From: Trypanosoma brucei
Lineage: Eukaryota
Assembly (NCBI GenBank): GCA_000002445.1
Contig: CH464491.1
Coordinates: forward strand, 1,664,001-1,728,000
DNA length: 64,000 nucleotides
Direction of reading: 5' to 3'
The position numbers were made by a program, and so were the translations under genes. The notes under the pieces were generated by a model. That model worked only from the letters and a program-made list of their open reading frames with translations. It was not told where the DNA came from and ran no database searches. This document shows positions 31,328 through 43,539 of the stretch, one piece after another. Position 1 is the first letter of the stretch; each line of letters opens with the position of its first letter.

Positions 31328-31689
31328 TAATCAGAGCGTGAAATACCCGCAATCCAAATGGGGGATAGGGGTGACTTGAAACGTATATCTACAACACTTC
31401 GCGATCGCCCAGTGAGAAGTATAAAGTGAGGGTTAGCGGCGTGAGATAAGCGATATAACAAGTAGTTGTCCGGAATCAACCATGCATCGCAGTACTGTCC
31501 CGTTCCTTCGGAGCCGAGACAAAAAAAAAATAGAACAAGACAGTAACTAAACATATCTTGTTTGTAAAAACAAGAAAGAGCAAGAAAAAGGCATCAAACT
31601 ACCCCTTCCTAGAATTCAACCAACAAAACCACAGTGGATCGGCACGAGAGTTCGCACATAACTCCTCGTTCTCTCACCCGCGCCGCATT

Positions 31690-32589
31690 TCACTCACAAC
31701 CGGTGTCGGTTTCTCTCCTCACCGGCACTCCACGCGCACCCCTCCTTTCACTCAACGACGAGGGGCAGTCTTGGCGAAGCAAACGGTGCTCCCTCCGTAG
31801 ATAATCTAAACGGTTTTGGGAAACACTCATGTGGTGCTCACCTGCCGATCTGTCCCCTACATTTTCCTCTATAATCTTTTCTAGTGACTGGAGTACAGCA
31901 TCAGACATGACGTGATAGTCGTTTCTCTCCATCCACGATAGAAATTGCCAGACAGCAGCAGAGTTGGTTAATTGTGATTGCGGTGTAGGCTCCCCCGCGG
32001 CTCCCGAAGAGGCTGTGATGTCTGCACCCGCTGCCCGTAACAGAATAACAAGCAACGCGTGTACTGACTCTGGAGTCACACGGTAACCTTCTTCCACTGC
32101 AGTTTGGACAACACCTAGAGCACGCTGTAAACGTGTTGAAGGGGTGCAGTTTGATTTTATTTTCCCATGTCTTCCTTCTACCGTGTCAACGTCGTACTGA
32201 GACTGGTGAACACTTCTTAGCACCGAGCGAAGGTGATGTTCTCTCCACGTATCCAGTCGGATGGCTGCAACAAGCATATCCTTCCACTCCTGCTCATCTG
32301 TTGTAGTAATGAGTGTGTGAAGGTACGTTCGAGTTGCCACATGAAGGGCTGAGTCTTGCTCTTTGCTCAAACGACAAACATTAATAGTCATCGACTCGTC
32401 CATATCCAACAAATCTTGCAGGGGTGCATTGGACGCTATTGGAGTTCCCTCAGCTCCTTTGAGAGAATTGTGGCCGCCATGTGATCCACTGCTGCAGAAG
32501 CGCCGTGACGAATGGGCAATTGCAATCATGAAAAGCAGCCGCCGCACGCTGCAGACTCTCAGCGCCTTTTGCAACATCAAAGAGTTCAT
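31690..32589 (-). CDS. Hypothetical protein, 299 aa.
   Basis: ORF in transcription-unit orientation. The N-terminus is basic/hydrophobic (possible mitochondrial presequence) and the composition is helical and leucine-rich. Confidence 0.4.
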   Translation of the reverse strand: MNSLMLQKALRVCSVRRLLFMIAIAHSSRRFCSSGSHGGHNSLKGAEGTPIASNAPLQDLLDMDESMTINVCRLSKEQDSALHVATRTYLHTLITTTDEQEWKDMLVAAIRLDTWREHHLRSVLRSVHQSQYDVDTVEGRHGKIKSNCTPSTRLQRALGVVQTAVEEGYRVTPESVHALLVILLRAAGADITASSGAAGEPTPQSQLTNSAAVWQFLSWMERNDYHVMSDAVLQSLEKIIEENVGDRSAGEHHMSVSQNRLDYLRREHRLLRQDCPSSLSERRGARGVPVRRETDTGCE

Positions 32590-34712
32590 CCCTCCTTTCC
32601 TCCCCTAACTCAACTCAACTCAACTCAATACCACTCCAAATGCCACTACCGCTTTCTTTTTTTTTACTGAAGAGAAGTGGACAGTGGCTTGAACTAAGAA
32701 AGGACGAAAGTAGAAAAAAAACAAAAGGGGTGGAGCATAACGCAGCAGAGGAGATGTGAGCAATCATGTCAAACACAAATAGAGTGAACAGGAAAGAAGC
32801 AACAACGCAAAACGAGAATAAATAAATAAATGGAAAACACCGAGCGCAATCACTCCAGGGAATGAAAATAACCCCTAAGAAAACAACAACAACAACCAAC
32901 AAAGGAAGGGAAAGAAAAGGAGGGTAGGTATTGGAGAAAAACCAAAAGGGCACACACATATACACCCACACATAAAAAAAAAAGAAAAAGAGAGAAAAAA
33001 GAGAGAAGAGGTTACACATTTGCGGTGGGGGCATATTCTCAATTGCAAACGTAAGTGCAGAGACGCCGCTAGTTGGAGCCAACTGAAGGGATATGATAGG
33101 AAGGAATATATACTCGGAAAGGCGTTGCCGTACTTGGTCTTTTCTGCGGCCCACTACCGCCGTTAAGACAAGACTAATATTAGCGTTTGAGCAAGAAAAA
33201 AAAACAGGCGAATATATGAGTATGTGCAAATGTGAGAAACTACCACAACCTTTTTAACACAACGCAATATGAATGATCACACAAAACACACACACAAGTG
33301 CAAATATTTTACTTAGCGAAGATGAATACCATCTCCCCTTCTCTCCATTTGTTCCGCTGTGGATTTTCCCTCTACTCAACACACGCATACACAAATAAAT
33401 ACATAAACAAATATGAACATTCGTACATGCGATTGAATGCCCTTGTATATGCGTGTGTTGAGTGGAAATGGAAAAACGAGTTTCGGAGATGCATTGACAT
33501 AGGCAATATTTACTCGTCAAAATATTAAAAGTTCTATGCAAACACGTAAAAGCGAAAATTCAAAGTTTTAAAGAAAGGGGGGGAAAGGGAAAGCACAAAA
33601 ATGAAGAATATATTCCTCTTTCACGTACACGGACCGACGTGTCGACACCAGCTTCATTTCGTCTGTAATGTCATCAACTCCTAAAATGGTAATTCGATGC
33701 AGGTACAAAAAAAAAAAGTTATTTTTGTTTGTTGGTGGCGTTCGAGTGGAAGAGGGAAACGAAAGGGAATATAAAAAGTAAAGGGAAGGGAACGAGGAAA
33801 AAAGCGGAATGGTAAAGAGACAGGAAACGGTACTGAGAAGGGTAAAAACGTGCCGCCAAAAAACTAGCAAATAAATTTACTTTATCTATTAAGCGTTGCT
33901 TCTAGGAAACTGAACGGGGCCTTTTCTTGCCTTTTTTTTTTATTCGCGCACATGGCGTCGTGCCTGACGTGTGTACAAGCAAACAAAACAAAACCGAAAA
34001 AAGTAAATACGATTTCGTAAAGGTGACGCAGCAAACATTTACATTGAGGCCGTTTGTAACCATAAAATAATCTTTAAGCTAAAGTTGTCGACGACGCGTT
34101 GAAGAGCAAGGTTATAAAATATCACCGCTATACTTGACACTTTTCGTGAAAAACTTCACAGAAGGAATTATTTTTTTTTTCATAACTCGCCGTTCTTCCA
34201 CATTGCTTCCTTTTTTTAAAAAAGTTTCATAAATTCCCTTCACTCATTGAAAATAATTTTGTTTTGCTTTGCTTCCGTTTTCTCACTTCTTTCCAGCGGC
34301 ATCGAGGGGAGAAGAAAAGAGAATACATAAACAAGCCAATACAAAGTTACGAAATAAAAATTTTACAGTCCGAAAGGTAAAACGGAAAAAGCAAAAAAAG
34401 TGGTGTGAGTGAAAAGTAAAAAAAAAAAGAAAGTGAATTCAAAATTTGAGAACGGGAAGCACACATCACTTAAAATCGCATTAAAGGGTATAGACAATTT
34501 TATACAATTTTACATAGTTTTCACCATCCACATTAAACAGAAAAAAGAAAAAGTTTGCCCTACTCCCACACGCTTTGCTAAACGCAGAGCAGCACTAACG
34601 GCATCTTCCGCTGTGGGTTCCATTTCGTTTGCCAGCAGCACACGCCGCATAAGTTGGTGGGAAAAAATACGTAAGTAAATAAGGGACCAAGAGGAAGCAA
34701 AGAAAGTTTAAA

Positions 34713-34713
<1 letters not shown>

Positions 34714-34754
<41 letters not shown>

Positions 34755-34770
34755 TATATATATATATATA
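34714..34770. repeat. Microsatellite (TAA)~13 followed by (AT)~9 in the ABC-transporter 3' flank.
   Basis: Seen directly: taataataataataataataataataataataataatatatatatatatatata. Confidence 0.9.
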
Positions 34771-34928
34771 GTCCCATAAAAAAAAAGAGAGAGAGAGGGA
34801 AAGGATAGGAAAGAAAAGAACGAACGAACACAGCAAAATAGTAGCAAACGCAAAAAAAAAAAAGATCATTAATATAGACATATCCATACACCAAATTCAA
34901 ATTGGGTGTAAAAGCAAGCGAGAAAACG

Positions 34929-37900
34929 CTAGACGATATCCATTTCAGTGGTCTGTTTGGAAACCCATTCATCCTGCTCGGTGATCTGAAGGAACACACG
35001 TTCAATTGTTGCTTGCGAAACACTGTAGTCAACGATACCAAGTAAGTCTTTGCTTGACTCTAGCGTTCGAAATGCATCTGCAAGCGACGTAGAGCGGGGA
35101 AGTGCGTACACAAGTTGTCTGCCCTTACATTCCCTTAAAGTAGCACCTGCGAATTGCCTGTCCACGAACTCTCGTACCAACGCGGGTAACTCACCCTCCG
35201 CTACACAAATGTGCATTTCATAGCCGGCGCCATATTTGTCTTTCAGATGAGCATTCCTGCCAACGCAACGCATCGTTCCGTCCTTCATAATGGCCACACG
35301 GTGGGCGAGGGCCTCAACCTCCTCGAGGTGGTGAGTTGTTAGAACCACCGCGCATTGGCACGCAGCACGTTCAATAACGGACCATATCTTGCGGCGGGCA
35401 ATAGGGTCCATCCCGGCTGTTGGTTCATCAAGGAAAATAACACCGGGCCCACCAACGAGAGCGACAGCTAGGCTGAGTTTGCGCCGATTACCACCGCTTA
35501 ACTCTCCCGCTAGCGATTTGCGATACTTCGTTAGGTCGCACATATAAAGCAAATCTGTCACAACATTTTCCACTTCTTCGCCAACCATACCGTACAATCC
35601 GGCTTGCAGTCGTATGTGCTCTTCCACCGACAGGAGGCTGATGCAGGTGTCAAACTGTGGGCAGTACCCGATGCACCGTAGAGCCTTCCCTCCTTGCTTC
35701 ACGATGTCACATCCGCAAGTTTCCACCACCCCACCCGTAGGCATGAGCTCTTGGCACAGGATCGACATCGTTGTAGTCTTTCCTGCGCCGTTTGTGCCAA
35801 GTAATGCGAATATCTCGCCTGAAGAAACCAAGAAGAAGAGGTCACGTACAGCCTCCTTGCCATTGGGGTATTTTTTGCTAAGATTCACAACGCGCGCAGG
35901 GGGATAACCCGGTCCGTCAACCATGGGAAGGCAAACACGACACCGTTCCTCTTCCACATCTGAATCACCGCTATGAGCCTCATCGAATACCTTCGTCCGG
36001 TCGTATGACCGCCGATTCCACCACGCACGTCGCCGTGGATGGTCGAAGAGGAACCCCAGAAGTGAAAAAATGGGGAATTCCACGGCGAGATAGATGAAAG
36101 GGTAACCGGTAACATCCATGTCGAATGCGGACGTCGCGTTCCCTACGGCTTTTCCGAACCTGAAATGGGAAATATTGATGATAGCTTCCCCAACACAAAA
36201 GGAAGGAATAAGCCGAAACGGCCAACGGAGGCTTTCGGACGTCTCCCTTGTTATTTCGAGCAATGAAAATACGTACACCACTATGACCGAGAGGAAACCA
36301 ACGACAAAATTGAATCCCATCACAACCAGCTGCGCCTTCGAGTGTTCACGGAATAGAAAACTGAGCAAGTAGGCGAAGACGATGCTCGTCAGCCCATAAA
36401 GCATAAGTGCAGTAATAAACGCTCCAATTGTCTCGCTACCAACGTAATCCTCTTGGTCAAACAACATCAATACCGAAACTATAGCAGATACTGAAATAAA
36501 ATACATAGTGATATCAAAAAGAAAGTTGCTTGCCCAGTAGATGGGAAACCTCAGTCCGGCAATCCTCTGCATGTGAAGCGATCCGCATTCCCGTTCCTTC
36601 ACAACCCACGCTAGCGGGTTAGAAGAAATAAGAGTTAACGGGATCATCATAATCGCACCTATCAACATGAGTTGCAGCGCGCCGACGTACGTGGCCTCGT
36701 CCTCGAGTACTCCAACCGACCACGATACATTGGCCTGCACTCCTGACACACGCTGCAAAACAAGTTGATAAAACATTGACATGGTAATAGCCACTTGGTG
36801 AAGGGCGGAAGAGTTGTACAGCATCACTACAGGCATTCCTCGCAGCTTGGGATTATAAAGCATCCTATCCCCACAGAAGATAGCAGCGTACCTTGGATAC
36901 TCATGGGCGAACCAAGTTTTCATGCCGTAAATACTGAGTTCCCTAGTGTCTTTAGCAGATATTTCACTGATGTGAACATTCGGTACACCGGGGCTCTTTC
37001 CCCAAAACAAACCACAGTTGGCCGAATCGACAATAACTTTTTCATCGTAGAGGTCAAAAGTCAACGGAAGCGGCCCTACCTGTGCGGGATTAGAGCCTAT
37101 CAACACCGTTGCCAGCAGCACACTGGTAAGGCACACAACCTGCAACATGTGCATCCGCCGGTCACGCAAGGCTGTGAAAATACGTTTCAACATGATGGCC
37201 TTTAACTGAGTTATCCCTGCAGCACGACGTCTCGCTCGTCCCCACAGGGAGGAGCAGTCACGCGGCTTCTCAGCAGAACATTGCTGCCCACCACAAACAC
37301 GCAAGAAGACCTCCTCCAGGGTTGTAGCAGCAAGAGAATAAGAATTAAGGTTTACATCGGATGCTATTTCCAGCTTCTCGATCAGCGACGGGAATGCAGC
37401 AACGCCGCCCAATGGTAAACGATAAATCACTTCACACCCACAGTAACTCAACAACTCTGCTCCGGGCACGTGCTTTTTCACAGCGTCATCAACAAAGCAG
37501 AAGTTGTCTTTCGATCGCATAACAACGGTAAGACTATATCCCAAACCCAATTTAGACTTTAGGAACATGCTGCTACCGGAACACTGCAGCCGACCATCAT
37601 TCAAGATCGCGATACGGTGGCCAAGTATGTCTGCCTCATCCATGAAGTGAGTCGTGAGAAGAATTGTGTGGTGGGCTGCCATCCGTTGCAATAAACCCCA
37701 TGCATGACGTCGGGAAGAGGCATCCATGCCCGCAGTCGGCTCGTCCAGTAATACAAGTGGACTGCCGCCCACGAATGCAATGCCTACCGAAAGCATCCGT
37801 TTTTGTCCACCAGAGAGATGTCCCGCGAGGTCGTCACTTTTTTCAGATAGTCCTGTTTCGTGCAGCACATGCCCTACTGCAAGGTCCAAAGCCTTCCCCT

Positions 37901-40145
37901 TCAAACCTTTGATCTTGCCAAAGAACTCCAAGTGCTCACGACAAGTTAACTGCGGCCATAGAATGTTGTGTTGAGGACAAAAACCCATCTGTTGACGCGC
38001 CGCCGATAGCTCCCTTCGCACAGATCGACCATTCACGTAACAGTCGCCAGCGTCAGGCTTCACCATTCCTGTTATCATATTTATCACCGTGGATTTACCT
38101 GCACCGTTGAGACCCAACAGCACGGATATTTCTCCTCTGCCCATCGACCAACAGAAGTTGTTGACGGCGACAAAAGTGTCTCCACCGCGTTGGTACTCTT
38201 TCCTAAGACCTGCCATCACTACAGTGGCTTCCTCTTTAGTGTCCCCAATATCCTCAAACACACCGTTATCTGCACGCCCATCAGTGAAAGGGCAAGCGGA
38301 TGTCCCGACCTTCCGACGTTCCCAAAAAAGTGCCCTGATGGGGTTCGTTATGAAGAAAAGTGGATGTTTCGTTGTGCCCCAATCGTTTTGCAGCACTGTG
38401 TCCAAATATAGCATGAGAAGTGTGTAAAGTACAAGGTCGGCAACCAACATAATCAACAACATTTCGGCACACACTGGGTCCCCGCCGATTCGAAGTTGCG
38501 TAAGGTGAAAGCCGCCCGACACCTCCATGGCCAAGGCACCGTGCACGATAGAAATAAATGCGGTTGGTGATAGCAAGGCTGAGATCATGCACAGCAATCC
38601 ATTTGTTGGCCGCTCAACAGCGTATGGCAGGGTCATCAGAAAGTATATGATGGGGGATACGAGCAAGGCGAGCCGTGTTTTGCTGAAGAAGCACGAAATG
38701 ACACCTGACAGGGGAATAGTTGTCAACGCGAAGACAAAAAGTACAACAAACAGGGACACCGAGCCACTCCGTGGCATATATGTGAGCTTGAGCAATACAG
38801 TAATAAGGGAGCACACCACAAGATCAATGAGCAGAGGTTTCAGAAACCACACCACATTAAGCACAGACTTCCTCATACCCATAATCAAAATGGTTTCCCG
38901 TATCTTGGACTCTTTCTCCATCACATTTACGTGCACACGAGACGTTACAGTGAAAAGAAACGCGAGACCGAAGAGTACCGGCAAAATTCCGCGAGCGGTC
39001 TGGAGAAGTGGGGTTTCCGTAAATTCCACAAAGCCTTGCGGCATCATGTAAGGCGTGATGTTCAAGCCCATACCCGGATTGAAAAGTCCCATATGATGTT
39101 CCGATATTTCCTTTTGCAAAGTAAGGTATCCCGAGAGGGCGTACATTTCAGCTCTGTTGTGTTGAAACCCACCCGGATACGCATTAGCGACGGTTTCACG
39201 AAGCGTTGGCAGGGCTGTGCCGTTCAAGTAAATTTGAACGTCTAAACTGCCAGGCTCAAAACACCGGACGTGAACAATCCCCCAATTTAAGGTTTGCCTT
39301 CTCACTTCTTCCTGAGCCTCTGGCAAAGTTTCAAAGGTCCCACCGTAAACGTTGGTAAAATAGTGAGAGACTCTTCCCAAATGTTGTACTATCCCCCTCA
39401 CCACGGAGGCATTTCCTACAAAGTACAGCAGACCGGAACTTTGAATGGCCGACAAGCGGTTGTTCGGAATAAGGCCTCGAGGTATTAGCACTCGGGTATT
39501 TGCGTGACGTGCAAGCCATTGGTGCATAATAAGCGTGTCAAGTGGAGGAATGGGCGCAATACGACCGACAAACCCATTGGCAAAAAAGGCTACCAAAGTG
39601 GTAGCACCCACTCTCTTGTGCACGCAAACGCCTCTGAATGGAGCCGTGATCTCGTCTTTTATACACTCCACTTCCTTCTTGTTGCGACACACTCTAAGTC
39701 CTGGTACGCCACCTAGTTTAGCGCTGCACGTAAAGTGCTGGTAAATTGTTGGGTTCATGGTCCTCGGTAGTGCCCCGTAATCGATACGTGGTGATTCCTC
39801 AATATGATTGGTACCCCATATAGACCACAGAATGACAGTAACAGTCATGAAAAGAAGTGGCACTACCACTTCCAAAACTACCTCAGACTTTCGCCGGACA
39901 GTTTGCCGGAATAAACGTTGAACAGTTGCCCGAAACATATCCATAAATGACGCACGACAGTTATGCACACCCGATACACCATCACCTATGCGATTGCTGT
40001 CCTTTCGCACAGCATGCAAAGATATATCATGGGTGGATACTTCCACGCTGCCGGTTGTTGCACTGCTTCGAGAATCCATTTGCAGTGTTGTTGTCGAGGG
40101 CTCATGGACGCCACCATTAGCATTCGCGTCAAAGGGTTCTTGCAT
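34929..40145 (-). CDS. ABCA: ABCA-type full ABC transporter, (TMD-NBD)x2, ~1738 aa from the chosen start.
   Basis: Two nucleotide-binding domains: Walker A GLNGAGKST and GTNGAGKTT, ABC signatures LSGGQKRMLS and LSGGNRRKLS, Walker B LVLLDEP and VIFLDEP. There are two multi-helix membrane domains and a long first extracellular loop typical of ABCA. The first 69 codons of the track ORF (…FSSFTFLPPPSSTRF…) are a translated polypyrimidine tract, so the start is placed at the MQEPFDANANGG Met (cat at 40143-40145). Confidence 0.88.
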   Translation of the reverse strand: MQEPFDANANGGVHEPSTTTLQMDSRSSATTGSVEVSTHDISLHAVRKDSNRIGDGVSGVHNCRASFMDMFRATVQRLFRQTVRRKSEVVLEVVVPLLFMTVTVILWSIWGTNHIEESPRIDYGALPRTMNPTIYQHFTCSAKLGGVPGLRVCRNKKEVECIKDEITAPFRGVCVHKRVGATTLVAFFANGFVGRIAPIPPLDTLIMHQWLARHANTRVLIPRGLIPNNRLSAIQSSGLLYFVGNASVVRGIVQHLGRVSHYFTNVYGGTFETLPEAQEEVRRQTLNWGIVHVRCFEPGSLDVQIYLNGTALPTLRETVANAYPGGFQHNRAEMYALSGYLTLQKEISEHHMGLFNPGMGLNITPYMMPQGFVEFTETPLLQTARGILPVLFGLAFLFTVTSRVHVNVMEKESKIRETILIMGMRKSVLNVVWFLKPLLIDLVVCSLITVLLKLTYMPRSGSVSLFVVLFVFALTTIPLSGVISCFFSKTRLALLVSPIIYFLMTLPYAVERPTNGLLCMISALLSPTAFISIVHGALAMEVSGGFHLTQLRIGGDPVCAEMLLIMLVADLVLYTLLMLYLDTVLQNDWGTTKHPLFFITNPIRALFWERRKVGTSACPFTDGRADNGVFEDIGDTKEEATVVMAGLRKEYQRGGDTFVAVNNFCWSMGRGEISVLLGLNGAGKSTVINMITGMVKPDAGDCYVNGRSVRRELSAARQQMGFCPQHNILWPQLTCREHLEFFGKIKGLKGKALDLAVGHVLHETGLSEKSDDLAGHLSGGQKRMLSVGIAFVGGSPLVLLDEPTAGMDASSRRHAWGLLQRMAAHHTILLTTHFMDEADILGHRIAILNDGRLQCSGSSMFLKSKLGLGYSLTVVMRSKDNFCFVDDAVKKHVPGAELLSYCGCEVIYRLPLGGVAAFPSLIEKLEIASDVNLNSYSLAATTLEEVFLRVCGGQQCSAEKPRDCSSLWGRARRRAAGITQLKAIMLKRIFTALRDRRMHMLQVVCLTSVLLATVLIGSNPAQVGPLPLTFDLYDEKVIVDSANCGLFWGKSPGVPNVHISEISAKDTRELSIYGMKTWFAHEYPRYAAIFCGDRMLYNPKLRGMPVVMLYNSSALHQVAITMSMFYQLVLQRVSGVQANVSWSVGVLEDEATYVGALQLMLIGAIMMIPLTLISSNPLAWVVKERECGSLHMQRIAGLRFPIYWASNFLFDITMYFISVSAIVSVLMLFDQEDYVGSETIGAFITALMLYGLTSIVFAYLLSFLFREHSKAQLVVMGFNFVVGFLSVIVVYVFSLLEITRETSESLRWPFRLIPSFCVGEAIINISHFRFGKAVGNATSAFDMDVTGYPFIYLAVEFPIFSLLGFLFDHPRRRAWWNRRSYDRTKVFDEAHSGDSDVEEERCRVCLPMVDGPGYPPARVVNLSKKYPNGKEAVRDLFFLVSSGEIFALLGTNGAGKTTTMSILCQELMPTGGVVETCGCDIVKQGGKALRCIGYCPQFDTCISLLSVEEHIRLQAGLYGMVGEEVENVVTDLLYMCDLTKYRKSLAGELSGGNRRKLSLAVALVGGPGVIFLDEPTAGMDPIARRKIWSVIERAACQCAVVLTTHHLEEVEALAHRVAIMKDGTMRCVGRNAHLKDKYGAGYEMHICVAEGELPALVREFVDRQFAGATLRECKGRQLVYALPRSTSLADAFRTLESSKDLLGIVDYSVSQATIERVFLQITEQDEWVSKQTTEMDIV

Positions 40146-42316
40146 GGAAATATTTGCCAAGGGACAGAAATGTCCGCGTGTTGGCGAGTGGGTGCCTTTT
40201 TTGTTACCTTCAATAAAACGTGTGGAGGAAGGAGGGGGAAGAAAGGTGAAAGATGAAAAGGAATAGTGGTCAACATACGGTACATTCAAATTGATTAAAA
40301 AGGAAGAAGAGGGGGTATATAACAATACGAGAGAATCATAAATAAATACCAAAGCGCAACATTATCAACGCACCCGCGTCTATAATGACAAGCATCAACT
40401 TTAACGAGCGAACAATTCATCCATCCAACATATGACTGTCAACTCCTACAACTTTCCCCTCTCCACAAGGTATATCTAAAAGGCTAAAAGGGGAAAACGC
40501 ACCAATACAGTATACGGACTCAAGGGCATCGCGCACACATGCAAAGGCGCAAATGAATACATACATTCCTACACACCTCCTCATTTTTGTTCTAACGTTT
40601 GTGGGTTTTTTCTCCTGATTATTCGCTTTCGCTTTCAACAATTTTGCATTTCTACACTCTGTGCGTGCCAAACAACAGATGCCAAGAAAGGTGTAAAGAA
40701 AAAAAATCTTCGGGAATTCTACAAAGAGTTGAGAGCAGACGAGATGAAGAGATGGGGACAGTGAAAATAGCACACAGCACGCCCTCTAATCACCAGACCG
40801 TTCTGGCCTCTCCTTATCAGGGAATTATTGTTGTCATTGCTTGATATATTATTACGATGCATGAGCAAAAATATCTCAATGCAGCTAAACAGATCAAAAA
40901 GTGTTAGGTGTATACGCGCACAAATATATATGTATAAGCGTATAAATTTTTATAAAAGCATAAACATACACAGGTACATATGCAAAACATATACGTATCT
41001 GGCAAATTTCTGGCTGTTTAGCTTCCTTCTCCTCCCTTCCTTTTTTTCTCTTCGTCTGCCAATAGGGGAGGCTACCGCACGTTCCGTGTCTCACTATTTT
41101 ATTTTATTTTGCATTTGCTCGAACCTTCGGTCTCTTCTCACCACTTTAAAACTGAATAACAAACCGCGGGTGTGCAACCACTCGAATAAACAGAAATGTG
41201 GCAACACTTCCCCTTCATCCTACACTGCTCAAACCCACTTCCAACGCTTAAGAACACACAACTACCCTCTTTTGCATTTATTGCTAATTTCTCACCATTT
41301 TCCTTCATCTGTTCCATTCGAAGAAGTTTCTTTCACATATATGTATGCATACGCGTTACTCTTTCATATCATTGGCAGAATAAAAATAAAAACGACAAAC
41401 AACATCACATACCCTTCCCTTTCTTTTTTCTTTTTCTTTTTCATTTCCCTCCCTGCTCCTTTGTCTTTGCCCATACCGCGAACCCCTCTCCCGTCAGAAG
41501 CGACACATTACAACTCGTTGGGGCAATACAAGACCTTGTAACAGTCAAATAAATGAAAAAAAAGAAGGCGAAAAGAAAAGCGAAGTCTGTCGATGCTAAA
41601 AATGAAAAAGTTCAAAGATTAAAGCCCGTCCCATTAGTCAATCTGTGGAGAAAAAATACTGGAGACGATGACCCAATGAATGCTCGAAGGTTGTGAATGA
41701 ACGTGTGTGATGGAAATTGCAGCGATTGAACAAAAAGAAATTGACTAAACACCGAATGAACGGGATTTTTTTTTTAAATGGCAAAATGAAGCGCTGACCA
41801 CAAAACAGCTCCCCGGAAACAAAAGAAAAAATAGCGAAGGGACAAATCCCTACCCGCTGTTTCCGCTTCCCGCGTCCCCACATACGAAAACACATTAACC
41901 GCCAGAATGAGATAGAAGGGGGAAATTCTTTAACAAAAGGTGGAGCCATAAACACGAACCGTTCCCGTTCCTTCGCACGGCAGCCAAAGAACACACACGC
42001 ATATATCTACACATGCAAAGGCTTAAGTAAATGCATATAAATCGTACACACCAACACTACGAGGGAAAGAGGCTAGTAATGAAAGTATTAAAAGAGGGGG
42101 GAAATATGCCTCCGGTTTTGTCCTCTCTTCACTATCCCTCGGTCCTATTGGTCGCCCGCCCTCACCGTAACAAGTATGTTTAGTGAAGAAACAATGACGA
42201 CGAAGTAAATGACAGCAGCAACAACAACAATAATAATAACAGCACACCAGCCTCTCCCTTAAGAAGAGAAGGGCCCCATGTGAAATGGAGCCCAGACGGC
42301 TGAGTACATTTATTTT

Positions 42317-42865
42317 TTACGCCTCTTCGCACCAGCGGTTCTCCTCCCGTATTTTCTCCTCCTCTTCGGGAGTGAAGTCGCTTTCAATGTTGAAGAGTTC
42401 TCGAATCTGCTCAGCAGACTTCCCACGGATCATGTTCGCTACACACGCACAGGTGAGATCCAGTAGATCCCGCACGTTCAGAAAATTTGCCGCCATAATG
42501 ACGTCGATGAGAACCTCGTGTTGTTTCTCGTCATGATCCTTTACCAGTTCGGTGTAGAGGAAATCGTGGTCCCACGGGGAGATGATCTTCTCAATGTTTG
42601 ACTTAAGTGGCTTCTCGATGGGATCAGCCCGTTCCTTGTGGTGGTGCTCCATGTATTTAATCACAAGTTTGAGTGTGCGAGCGGAAACGTTAGGGATGGG
42701 AATGATGGGGTCACCACCATTTTGGTCCTCCAACATGTCCTTCAGCAAACCTGACATCATAGCGGCCTCACGCCGCACCTTAAACTTAACAGGCGTCGGA
42801 TCATTGCTCTCCAGGATGCAATATTCCGTAAAGTCCACGTCCTGTACCGACACCTCTTCCGCCAT
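42317..42865 (-). CDS. SKP1: SKP1 (SCF ubiquitin-ligase adaptor), 182 aa.
   Basis: The BTB/POZ-like N-domain contains DPIIPIPNVSARTLKLVIKYMEHHH. The C-terminal dimerisation helix reads DLLDLTCACVANMIRGKSAEQIRELFNIESDFTPEEEEKIREENRWCEE. Confidence 0.9.
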   Translation of the reverse strand: MAEEVSVQDVDFTEYCILESNDPTPVKFKVRREAAMMSGLLKDMLEDQNGGDPIIPIPNVSARTLKLVIKYMEHHHKERADPIEKPLKSNIEKIISPWDHDFLYTELVKDHDEKQHEVLIDVIMAANFLNVRDLLDLTCACVANMIRGKSAEQIRELFNIESDFTPEEEEKIREENRWCEEA

Positions 42866-43539
42866 GACTGTAGCTTAAAACTTATGCAGCACACAGTCAA
42901 AAAAATGAAGGAGTAACTGGACTCTACCCTTTATTGTTGTGTTGATGGCTTCCGATCCGTTTGTATCTAACCGGATTCCTCCCTCTCTTCTCTGAGTACT
43001 TACTCTTTTGTTGTTTCAAACTATCTTCTCTAAGCTTTGAATCGCCTCCCTCAGCTGCTTTAATTTCCCGCTTTGTTGTTGCCTTGTTTGTGGTTTCTAA
43101 CTTTAATAGCTTACGACGGTGTCTCGTACACACTGTTCGTCTTCAATATTGTATCCTACGACAAAATGATCGCTACCCTTTATTGCGGATCACTCCTCCT
43201 TTCCCGATGCAAGCAATACCAAGAAAAACAAAAAAGGAAAATAGGTGCCGAGCACAGGAAGAAGAGTTGGTACAATCAAAACTAGTGGTTAGGAGCGGTC
43301 AAACGCAGTAGTCGTTCCCCCCCCCTCTCACTTCGGCGTCACAGCATCGCTAGTGCAGCCACCCGTGCATACACAAGTCTAATTTTTGTTGTTTTTTTTA
43401 CTCATTTTTCTTTGAGGCAATAAGAAAAGGAAAATTGAAAAGCAGAACGGAGCGATTATGGAAGCTGAGTAACGCACTTCGAGGTACGACTTAGCGTGCC
43501 AACGCCAAAAGCATCTCCCCTTGTTGCCATCATTGGCGC

